A DNA stretch of 64,000 bases, from assembly GCF_030028105.1 (NCBI RefSeq), contig NC_092402.1:51170352-51234351 (forward strand), given 5' to 3'. The first letter of the stretch is position 1; every line of letters begins with the position of its first letter. The notes beneath the pieces were generated by a model. The model had not been told where the DNA came from and searched no databases. It worked only from the letters and a program-made list of their open reading frames with translations. Shown in pieces: positions 25,501 through 37,500 of the stretch. The translations under genes and the position numbers were made by a program. This DNA comes from Mobula birostris. Lineage: Eukaryota.

Positions 25501-28500
25501 AGTGATACTAAACCTGGATTCTGATAAATGTGATTCAGAAGGTTGTCTATGGCAGGGGAGTGGAGAAAGTCTGCTGAATTTCAGTGTTGCTCATCATTGG
25601 AAGTTTAGCAATAGTTCAGATGGAACTTCTCAGTATGCATCTCGCTTAGTGTAATTTGTTTCTTACACAGGAAATGAATGTTTCCAAGGCAAGGGATTTT
25701 CATCATGAAGTGCAGGAGTCCCCAACCTTTTTTTGCACCGCGGTCCGGTTTATTCTTGCAGGCTGGCCGGCCAGTGGTGGTGGTGGGGGGGGGGGGGGGC
25801 GGATGTTCAAGTTCAACAGTGCGTGACAGGGAATGAGGAAAGGTACAGCTGATTAATATCGTTTCATATCGCCAAATCGTATCGTTTCCGTTTCCTCGCG
25901 GCCCGGTAGCACATGCGTTGGGGACCACTGATGAAGTGCATAAGAGAACTCGGCGGGGTGGGGGGGGGGACTTCAGCCTGTTCTGCCATTCAGCATGAGC
26001 TTTGTTAATCTACCCTCAGGCCTCAACATCTCTTCTCTGTCAGTTCCACCTACTCCCTGATCTTTCAAATCTTTATCTACCCTGCTTTATCCCTGTCATC
26101 TAACTTCCACAACCCTGAATTCTCAAAGTTTAACAAAAAAAATTTCCTGTACACCTGAGTTTTAAATGACTGTCCCCTTTTTGTTTTGCAACTAAGAGTT
26201 TGAGAGTCTCTCGCTAGTGGAAGCATCCATGTAAGTCACTGAATATGGTGGTATGAAAGATCATTTGGAGGGAATCTAGTTCTGTGTTCCCATGTTTTAG
26301 ACTTCTTAAATACATGACAATTGATTGACTACAGTTCCAATAGTCATAATTATCTAGTTTTGCACTTTAAATGTAGACAAATAGTTTGCCAAATTGCATA
26401 TTTACAATGGGAGGCCCTCCTAACAAGCAGAACCTCTTTGAATATTAGTCTCTGGTCTGAAAGCTTCTGAATGCAAATTGACACCCAAAATATACCACTT
26501 GGTGTTGAGGCTCCCTGAATATATAACTAGTGAAAATATGAGGTGACAGAACAGACCAGTCCTGTACTGTTTGACCTTTAACTTTGACGCAGGAGTTGGC
26601 CACATTACTTTCTCTGATCTTATCCTGAAGTTTTTAATGGTCATCAATTAACAAATTATCTTTTGTGGTCTCCTGTGTGGTTAGCTGGATCAAATCAGAA
26701 TACCCCATACCAAATGATCAGCTTCAATAGTCTTGAATATCAGTTGAAGTTAAATTTGAAACACATTTCCTGAAGGTTGGTTCCCATTTTAATTTCTATC
26801 AGCTGTCCATTATTTGAATTCCAGAATAATCCCTTAGGAGCAACATAGTAGCAGTGGTTAATGTGATGCCGTTACAGCTCCTGTGGTCACTGATCAGGGT
26901 TTGAAAAGTCCACCTTGTCGTGCTAGGAAATTATCAGATACTCCTATAATCTTGGGGTAGAGGCTGCCATGATTCAGCTTTTTATCTTTTGCCCCATGGG
27001 TTGGGGAGGGAGGAGAAGGGAGTGAATGTCTGGGGTGGGTGGGGTTTTTGATTATGCTGGCTGCTTTACTGAGGTAAGAAGAAGATGGAGTCCATGGAGG
27101 GGAGTTCGGTTTCTGTGATGTGCTGAGCTGTGTCCACAAATCTGTAGTTTCCTGTGGTCACGGGCAGAGCTGCTATTGCACCAAGTTATAGTGCATCCAG
27201 ATAGTTCTTGCATATGACTGTGAAGTCTCTTCAAGGTATGCTGACTTTGACAAAGTGTACTGTCCTTTGGAGTTTGTGTGAGCTCCTCTCCTCTCCCCCC
27301 CCCCCCCCCCCCCCAAGTGCAGGCGCACAAAGCACGGAGAGAGCCTGGTGAGCAAATGGGGAAAGTGAGGAGTATCATACTAAACTTGTAATCAGATCAG
27401 AAGACTGACACCAGAATTTTGTACTTCCAGTGCCCTCGCTACGGAACATACACTGTATCTGTTTCGAGACTTTGCCATTATCCTTGACCTGAGCTGACTG
27501 CTGATTTAGCAATGTTTCTGACTTGGCCTTGTGTTCAAACATCTTTGTGTTCTCAACCCCCTCAAGTATGTCATAAAGTCATTATCCTACATCAGGGAAA
27601 CTGGCCCTTCAGTCCGTCTAGTCCCCTGCCAATCATCAGCCATCCACTGATCACAATCCATTCATCCCTACATTCCTATTGCCTCACCCACACATACTGA
27701 GGAGACACGACTCAGTGGCTGATTAACCCACTGATCCCACACGTCTTTGGGACGTGGAGGGAAAGCAAAGCATGTGGGAAAACCTGTGCAGTCACGGAAA
27801 ATGTACAGACCACACACTTACAATGTCTCCTACTTGCTAATTGTGAGGAGTGGTTGATTGTTTCTGGCCTGTACACTTTGGAGCTTAGGAACGTGAGAGA
27901 ATCTCATTGAAACCTACTGAATATTGAAAGGCCTAGATCAAGTGGACGTGGAGAGGATGTTTCCAATTGTGGAGGAGTCTACAGATGGGGAGGAGTTTCT
28001 TTAGCCAGCGGGTGGTAAGTCTGTGTGGAGTTTGTTGGCGCAGATGTCTGTGGCAGCAAAGTCATTGGGCACACTTAAAGTGGAGGTTGATAAGTTGATT
28101 AGTCAGGACATCCAGGGTTATGGGGAGAAGGCAGGAAAATGTTGTTAATTGGGAAAACAAATCTGCCATAATTGAAAGATAGCCCAATCTAGATGGGCTG
28201 AATGCTTTTGTTGTATGGTGTATTCAAAGAACATCTTTTGTTTTTAAACAGAATTCAGCGTGCATTGTAGTTGCCTCGCGGAGTGCAAGTTCCTCAACGG
28301 TGAGTGGTTTCCCTGCTGTGTCCCTGGACTGTCACACCCTTGGTTCCCCAACATCACTCCCATGTCCCCTTATTGCTTGGATCTGTGCCTGGGCTTCCTG
28401 ACTGTCCTCTTCTCCATCCCCCTAACCCCTTGCTGATCCCACTGTGATGCTCCAGACTTGAGAATCTGTAGTCTCTTCTCTCCGTTTTGCTGTTTCACTG

Positions 28501-31500
28501 CAAAGTCTCCAAGTGCTTGCCCACTCTGAGCAAGGGTTCCTCTTTAGAGAGCTTCTCTCATTCCACTTTGATTCCTGCTGTTCGACCATTGCAACAGCTT
28601 GGACCTCCCAGTGGCCACCCATTGGAATTTGATTTCCATTCCTGTTCTGACATCTCTGTCATGGCCTCCTCTGCTGAATGATGAGGCCAAACTCGGGTTG
28701 GAGGAGTAACATCTCACATTCTGTACAGATGGCCTCCAACTTGATGGTATGAGCATTTATTTCTTCATCTTCTGATAACCACGCCCTCAGTTACCCCATG
28801 TTTTGATGGCCCTTTCTCAGCTCATCACCTGCCCATCACATCCCTCTGGGTCCCTTCCTTGCATGGTCCACTGTCTACAATCAAATTCATTCTTCAGCTT
28901 TTTACCTCTTCCACATCACCTCCCAACTTCTTGCATCATCCCCTTCCTCCCCCACCTACCTTCCCCCTTATCTGGTCTAACTTATCACCTGCCACCTTGT
29001 ATTCCTCTCCGTCCAGCTCCCTAGCTCATAGGCTCACAGCTGGAGGTGCCTCCCAATATCCATGACGTCAGAGAACGTGGGCAGCATCTGCACCTGCAGA
29101 CTTTGGTGTTTGGGGGGGGGGGGAGGTTGGTGTTCATGATTGAGAGTTGCAAGGTGTCAGAGCAGCTTCAGTTTATGTTGTGTTTCAAAGATCGGCTTCT
29201 TGAGGTCGCCCTGTTCCTTTAGCGACACTGACCCAACAAGGGGCATGGACGCACGCGAGGTGGTTTGGCGGTGGAAGCCACCAATTGTAGCCCCTGTGCA
29301 GAGTTTAACAATCACATTTCTTTTCTAGAATTTGAAGGATGTTCTTGCTGACCTTATCCCCAAGGAACAGTCCAGGATCAAGGCATTCAAACAGCAGCAT
29401 GGTAAAACGATCATTGGACAGATCAGTGTTGACATGGTAAGGGTTACGATTGTTGTTGCGGTATAGGGCGGTGGTGGATTGGGCAGTGTTGACTGGTGGC
29501 CAGTGGCCATCTCCAAAATGGTTGTGCCTCTTCTTGACACTGCAGCATTGTTAGTCATCCCCAGGGTCACAGATTGGGTCAGCACAAACTCCCTTCAGCC
29601 CACCTCTTTACCCTTCAACACCAATTCCCTATGCTCTCATTAGGACATTCCTTTTATGTTGTTCATTCCTTATGCGCCGTGTTGTATGATATAGGCTAAA
29701 GAGGTACTACACCTTGCCCAAGGGTGACCTGCAGGCTACCGGAGGGAAGCAGCGCCTTACACTTTGTTTGGTAGAGATGGATCTCCACCCAGCCTCCCTA
29801 TCTTTAGAGATTTTATTTAAAGCCTTCTGCTCCAATGATCCCATGCTGCCCGATTCCACCATGTCTAACCCACATGTCTTTGGAATGTGGGAGAAAACCA
29901 GAGCACCTGGAGCAAACCCACATGGTCACAGGGAGAATGTACAAACTCCTCACAGTAGTGGAATTGTACCCAGGTCACAGGCACTGTAACTATGCTACAG
30001 AGCCACCCTAAGTTACTACTCCTACTTCCTACCTATTTACATCTGTCTAAATCTTCCTCAAACACTGAGTCTCTGATTCCAGCACCACCTCTGGCAGCAA
30101 CTTCCAGATACCATCCACTCTCCATGTGGGGAAACTTGCCCCTTGGGTCCCTTTTGAACCTCCTTCCTCTCACCTTAAACTTCTTCTTTGACTATCAACC
30201 CTATTGGTAGCTCTGTTTTCCTTCACTCCAGAAAAAAGAGCCCACCTTATCCACTCTTCCCAATAAATGAAGTCATTCAATCGTGCAACACCCTGGTGAA
30301 TCTCCTGCATCCCCTCCAGTGCAACCACATCCCATAGTGTGGTGATCAGTGCTTTACACAATACTCCAAGTGAGGTCTGTCAACTGTTGTAAAGTTGCAA
30401 CATATCCTCTCAGCTGTGCCCTATGAAGGCAAACATACCATATGCTGCCTTCACCCTATCTGTGTTGCTATTTCTAGGGAATTGTGCATGCCCAGGTCTC
30501 TGTTCATCAGCATTCCTTAGTGTGAATTTAGAATTTATTTTTGTTTCTTACATCCATCTCATAACATGAGGGAGTGAAAACCTTTATGGTGCATCACTGT
30601 CACAATGTACAAGCAATGAGGGGAAATGCGAAGGAAATTACTCAAATTGTTTACCATGTACAGTCAGATACAATGTACGATCAGAAATGCAATCAGATCA
30701 ATGGAAGTGCACTACCATTTAATGTTTTATCCTCATCTGACTTTCCAACTTGCCTTTTCATCTGCCCAACACTCCCTCAACAATCCACCTGATCGATAAC
30801 TTGCTGTAGCCTTAGGCAACCTTTCCCACTTCACACACCACCTCAAACTTTGGTGTCAAACGTTGTTCCGGAACTCAATGGTACTAGCTGGAAATGGCTC
30901 AAAGACTTACTGTGTTGTGCTAGGCAACTTCCCACCCCTCCACTGCTTATGAGGGATACTATTATTGGGTTTGGACGTCATAAGGTGTGAGATAATGTAA
31001 AAAGGACCGCACTAAACGTATAGGGTTGAAAGGGAAATTATATTACAGTAGACAGTTTAGTGGTGGGGCCAACAGACTGTTTCCCTGTAAAGTAAAAGCT
31101 ATCCCCGTGGCCACAGGGTTGGGATTTTCCTTGCATTGTGTTTACATGGGGCAGGATGGAGCTGAGGTGCAGAACAGTCTCTGAGTTAACAGATGACATT
31201 GCTCTTCCCAGGTGTACGGTGGCATGAGAGGAATGAAGGGCTTGGTGTATGAGACGTCAGTGCTGGACCCGGAGGAGGTACGTATCTCTGAGGTTGGGAT
31301 CCCTTGCACTCTCCTGGCCCTGCTCACTATACTTACTCTGCTCTCCCCTGCACACTCATTCTCTGCACTGCACCCTTCCCCCACCCTTGACCACACGTGG
31401 TTACAGATGTGGATTTGTGATCCTCTCTGCTAGGGCATCCGTTTCCGTGGCTACAGCATCCCAGAGTGCCAGAGGCTTCTGCCCAAAGCCCCTGGAGGAG

Positions 31501-34500
31501 AGGAGCCCCTTCCTGAAGGCCTGTTCTGGTTGCTTGTGACTGGAGAAATCCCCACAGAGGAACAGGTGATGGATTTGTGCAAACTGTAGTTTTTTCAACT
31601 GTAACACAATATTCTGCGCATTGTTTCCTTTGTACTAACTTAATGCACCTGTGTACAAATTTGTCTGGATGGCAAGCAAATAAGTTTCACACTTGTATCT
31701 TGGTACATGTGATCAGTTCGATGGGAAATGGTAAAATGCCTCCCACCCCAAAGTTTGGTGGGGCTGGCAATGGTTGGGGTGGGGTGAGACCATTCTCTCA
31801 CTGCGCCCCTTTCCCTGCCATGTTCTACTATGCTATGGACTGACCCTTCTCTCCCCCACCCCCAACACAGGTCACCTGGCTGTCCCGGGAATGGGCACGG
31901 AGAGCGGCCCTGCCCTCCCATGTGGTCACCATGCTGGACAACTTTCCCAACAACCTGCACCCTATGTCACAGCTGAGTGCCACCATCACAGCCCTCAACA
32001 GTGAAAGCAGCTTCGCCCGTGCATACTCTGAGGGCATCAGCAAGACCAAGTATTGGGAGGTAAGGAGGGGGGGAGTGGGAAGGGAGCTTTTGTGGTATTG
32101 GAGCATTGAGGAAGGAATTTGTGGGGAGGGATGTAAGGGTTGTCCAGTCCTTGCAACACAGCCAAGTACAGAGGTAAGGGGGATTTGAGGGATAAATATT
32201 TTGAGGCAGTGGTGGAGCCAGTCTGTGGGGAGAAGTGGAGGGATTGTCCAGTCCCTACTCCAACAATACAAAGTACTGGGATGTAAGGAGGGTGGATGTG
32301 CTGGCAAGTGTGTGGGATGGTTGTGAATTGGTGGGTCTGGGCTGGGGTGGGACTGCGGGATTGGGTGAGTGTGCAGCAGACCCTCAGACCAAGCAGTTGG
32401 CTCTCTGGTGGGGATCCTGCAGTGTGTTTACCCTGAGACTCAGTAATTGAGGTCTGCACTCTTGGGGTGGGGTTGGCCCACTACTTTCAGCTAAGCCCCT
32501 CTTCCTGGGCTCCCAGAAGCATCACTGTGGGAGGGTGTTGGTATCTATCTTGGTCATCCTCTGAGCTGTAACATTTGCTGAAGATGTTTCAATGCAGCCT
32601 TAACTTGATTGTCCTCTCTTCCCACCATTTCCTGTAGTTTATCTATGAGGACTCGATGGACCTCATTGCCAAGCTGCCCTGCGTGGCAGCAAAGATCTAC
32701 AGGAACCTGTACCGAGAAGGCAGCAGTATTGGGGCCATTGACTCTGACCTGGACTGGTCTCACAACTTCACTAACATGCTGGGTTACACTCAACCTGAGT
32801 TCACTGAGCTGATGAGACTCTACCTCTCCATCCACAGGTCAGTGTCGTCTACCCTGGCAGAGAAGTGGAGGTCAGTTCCTGGGTGTCTCCTAGTGTCTGC
32901 ACTGGAGCTAATCTTCTTCCCTTCACCTAACCGTGCTCCTCTGCAGCAACACTCATGGAGCTCAGCAGGTCAGGCAGCATCTGTGGAGGGAAATAAAAAG
33001 GATGTGACCCTTCAGGGCTGAAACAGCGACTGTTTATTCCCTCCAAAGATGCTGTCTAACCTGAGTTCCTCCAGTATTTTGTGTTCCTTAGGATTTCCAA
33101 CACCTGCAGTATCTCGTGTCTGAGTTCTGCACCTGCCCTGCTCTCAGACTCGGTAGTGGGTGGGCAACGTCTGGGTCAGGAGCATGAGATGCAGGGTGTG
33201 TGGTGTGGTTTGAGTCTGAGTCCAATTCCAAGCCCCCTCATCCACCACTGTCTACTATGTGGCAGGATGTGTTCTGGTCTTACGCTACATACGAGAGATG
33301 TGTGTGGGCAGTAACCAAGCCCTTCCTTCCCCAGGTGTGTCTGTCTGGAGGCGGATTCTGCATCAGAGGGTTGTAGAACAGTGTTTCACTTACCTGACCA
33401 CTGGAAGTGGTGGGTGGTGCTGGGATGTTGATCTGGAGAGACAGTATGGGGCCTGTTAAGTTCCCTCTGTAGGAGCTCTGCTCTCACACTTAATTCTCGG
33501 TTGGACTTCGTTTAACTGTCATCACTGTTACCTTGTCTGCAGTGACCACGAGGGCGGAAATGTGAGTGCACACACAAGCCACCTGGTGGGGAGCGCCCTC
33601 TCTGACCCCTACTTGTGCTTTGGGGCTGCCATGAATGGACTGGCTGGCCCTCTTCATGGACTTGCCAATCAGGTAAGGTGTTGGCTGCACTGGGAGAGGA
33701 TATGGGGGCTGTTTGATCCAATGTCCGAGGGTGTAGGGCATAGTGGTGTGTTTGGTGTTGCCACAGGGATTGGTGCTCGGTCCGTTATTTATCAACAATC
33801 TGGATGATAATCTAAACGGGATGAATAAATTTGCGGATGACACTAGGAAGGGGAATTAGGTTGGGGGTGGCTAAGTAGTTGTGGTTACTGGGGTCACAAG
33901 CTTGAGGTGAATGTTTATCACACTGGGAATGTGAATCAGTGTGGGGGTAAACTCTGGGGAAGTCCTGCCTCTGTTCCGGTCACTGGAGACTTGGCCTGGA
34001 CCACTCCCGGGGGAGAAGGCCCAACCCACCACTTTTCCTTTTGATGGAGTGCCAGTGGTTGGTCTCTGGAGAGGGAGGGGAGTATGGTTCTTCTGAGGTG
34101 GTTAGCGCAATCATCAGATCGGGGTCCGGTTCCTTCTGCTGTCTGTAAGGTATTCGCATGTTCTCCGTAACCATGAAAGTTTCTTTCCACATTCCACGAC
34201 AGACATTTAGGGTTAGTGATTTGGGGCATGCTATGTGAGTGCTGAAACCATGGTGACACTAGTGGGCTGATCAGCACAATCCTTGCTGAATTGATGCAAA
34301 CAATGCTTTTTACTGCACTGTTTTGATGTACATATGACAAATAAAGCTAATCTTTTTAATCTCTGGAAAGAGGGGTGGTGTTGGTGGGGTTTGGATAAAT
34401 ATCCAGTTTCCTGGAACTGAGGTGCTTGCACCAGCAGTCATGGACAAGAAAGGATTTACAGAGTTACTGAGTCAGGATCAGCTCAGGCAGGCACAGACAG

Positions 34501-37500
34501 CTAGGGCCGGTATGACACTTGTGTGTTCCCTCCCTGACATTCAGGAGGTGCTGATCTGGCTGACCAACTTGCAGAATGAGCTGGGCGGTGAGGTGTCCGA
34601 TGAGAAGCTGAGGGAATTCATCTGGAACACCCTCAACTCTGGCAGGGTGAGTGGATGAGGATGGGACCAAGAGATAGTGTGGATGGTCTCTGGGGTGGGA
34701 GGGGAATAATGCCACAGATCATAAGAATCCCATTCGGCCCATTGTCTGTTTTGCCATTCGAGTGATTCATTTTCCCCTCACAACACCATTCTTCTGCCGC
34801 CTTGTAACTGTTGACACCCTTACTTACTTAGAACCTATCAACCTCCACTTTAAATATACTGAATGACTGGCCTCCACAGTCACTCTGGCGATTAATTTTA
34901 CATATTCACCACCCAATGGCTAAAGAAATTCTTCCTCATCTGTTCAGAATCAATCAGGTTTAATATCACTGGCATATGCTGTGAAATTTGCTTTGCAGCA
35001 GCGGTACAATGCATTGTATAATCATTAAAAACAAATTACTATAAGAAATACTTTTTTTTTGCACTAAAATGTTTGTGAGGTGTTTATGGGTTCATTGTCC
35101 ATTCAGAAATCTGGCTGAGTGGAAGAAGCTATTTCTGAAACATTGAGTGTGTATCTTCAGATTCCTGTACTACCACCTTGATGGTAGCAATGAGACTCCC
35201 ACTATTGAAAATGTCCAGGGCTTTCAATCGTCAGGGCTATCCCTTGAGGTTGAGGATGATGGTCTCTGTTCCATTGATCTATTTATGGGCTCCCAAGTGG
35301 CTTATGAGTCCAATCTTGGCTTTAAAAGTTTTTCCGCATTCAGGACAAGTAGTTCCAGATGGCAGATTGGGCTTTGGTTGTTGCTGCCTCTCTTTCCATT
35401 TTCTTTTCTAATTTTGCATATCTGTTGGCTTCGAAAGTTGCTGTTCCTTCTCGAATGATGGTTTGCCAGTTCCCTGTCCTTGGCATTGGTTTCCCAATTG
35501 TTGATGATGGTGCTACATTTCTTCATGTTGGCTTTTAAGACGTCTTTGGATCTCTTCTGTTGTCCGCCTCTTTTGCGTTTGCCGTCTTTAAGCTGGGAGT
35601 AGAAGATTTGTTTCGGCAGACGTTCGTCTTTCATCCTAACATGACCGCTCCATCTTAGTTGGTTCTTGATGACGTAGGCTTCAATGCTTGTTTTTGCTTC
35701 ATTTAGCATGCTGACGTTTGTTCTTCTATCTTCCCAGCTGATATTTAAGATGTCTCGGAGACAGCATTGATGGAACTTTTCAAGTGCCTTCAGATGTCGT
35801 CAGTATGTTATCCAGGTTTCTGATGCATACAGGAGCGTTGGGATCACCACTGTTTTGTACACTAACATTTTGGTGTCTGTTCGAATGTCACGATCGTGAA
35901 AGACTCTTGTTTGGAGAAGTCCAAAAACTATTCCAGTGCATTTAAGACCATGTTGGATCTCGACATTAAGGTCGACATTGGAGGAGAGGTGACTTCCAAG
36001 ATACAGAAAGTGGTCCACGTTTTCCAGGGTTGTTTCGCCAAGTTGAAATGATGGCTCTATCCGACTTGTCTCAGTTGGTGACGGTTGGTAGATGATCTGA
36101 GTCTTGGAATTGATGGTAAGTCCAAGTTTTGTGTATGCATGGTTGAAGGCAGTCAGACTCTGTTGTAGGTGGTTTTCTGAAAGAGCTGCAACACTGTTGT
36201 CATCTGCGTATTGGAACTCGTGGACTTGAGACGGGCAAGATTGAAAAGTCTGCCATCCGTTCTGTAGACAATTTCAATTCCTGGGGGTAGGTCGTCCTTG
36301 ATGATGTGGATGATTGTCGCAATGGAGATGAACAAAGTTGGGGCAATCACGCATCCCTGTTTTACTCCTGATCTAACTTGAAAAGGCTCATAGTTACTGT
36401 TGCTGACCATGATGACATGCTTGCCACAGTCATGGAGGAGTCTCAGGATTCGAATGTACTTTTCAGGGCATCCATAGGTGGACAGGACATCCTGTAGGAG
36501 TTCCCTTGATACCGAGTCAAAGGCTTTGGTGAGGTCGATGAATCCCATGTACAAAGGTTCAAGTTGTTCATGAAATTTTTCTTGTAGTTGTTGCATTGTG
36601 AAGATGATGTTGATTGCTCCACGTGATGGTCTAAAACTGGCCTTTGTCTCCGGAAGGATCTTCTCAGCTAAAGGCTTGAGCCTGTTGTTCATGATGCGGG
36701 TGAGGATCTTTCCTGCTGTTGCTAACAGAAATTCCACGATAATTTCTGCATTTGGATCGATCGCCTTTCCTTTTGTAGGTGTAACGATTGCTGAGTCTGT
36801 AAAGTCTGCTGGTACGTCTTCATTTATCCAGATCTTGAGAAGTTGATGCAGTTGGTAATGAAGCAGGTTACCTCCAATTTTGTAGATCTTGGCTGGTATT
36901 CCATCGAGTCCAGCGGCCTTGTTGTTTTTCAAGGTTTTGACTGCTTCCTTGACTACAAGTGTTGGTATTTTGCTTAGGGAGTTGTCAACGGGCTGCTTTG
37001 GAATGTTGTTAATCACATTCCTGTCAAATGAGACAGTTTGATTTAGAAGATCTCCAAAGTGCTCCCTCCACCTAGAATTGATGTCAGCATTGCTCTTCAA
37101 GATGGTTGAACCATGTTTGCTTTTGAGAGGGGCTTGACCGTGAGTGGATGGGCCAAAAATAGCTTTAGTTGCGTTGAAAAAAATCCTCGAGTGTCGTTGG
37201 CGTCTGCTAGTTGTTGGATTTCCTGAGCTTTCTTCTTCCACCATTGATTTTTCAGGTTTCGAGTGCTCTTCTGGACTGCAGCCTTGCATTCCTGATGGTG
37301 TTTCCTTTTGGTAGCCGATTGTTGAGCGTTTTGTAAGGTGATGAAAGCTTTACTCTTTTCGTCGATGAGTTGTTGGAGTAGTTTGTCGTTATCATCGAAC
37401 CAATCCTGATGATTTTTCGTCTTGAACCCAATTGTTTCTTTGCAGGAGGTGATGATAGCGTTCTTCAATTGATTCCAGTGTTCTTCTACAGATGGTGGGA

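Noticed and set aside
14450-27500. Scattered ERR-like half sites (CAAGGTCA, TGACCTTG, TCAAGGACA) in CS intron 1
   Set aside because: Short motifs are expected by chance in 15 kb, some fall within repeats, and conservation cannot be assessed here.
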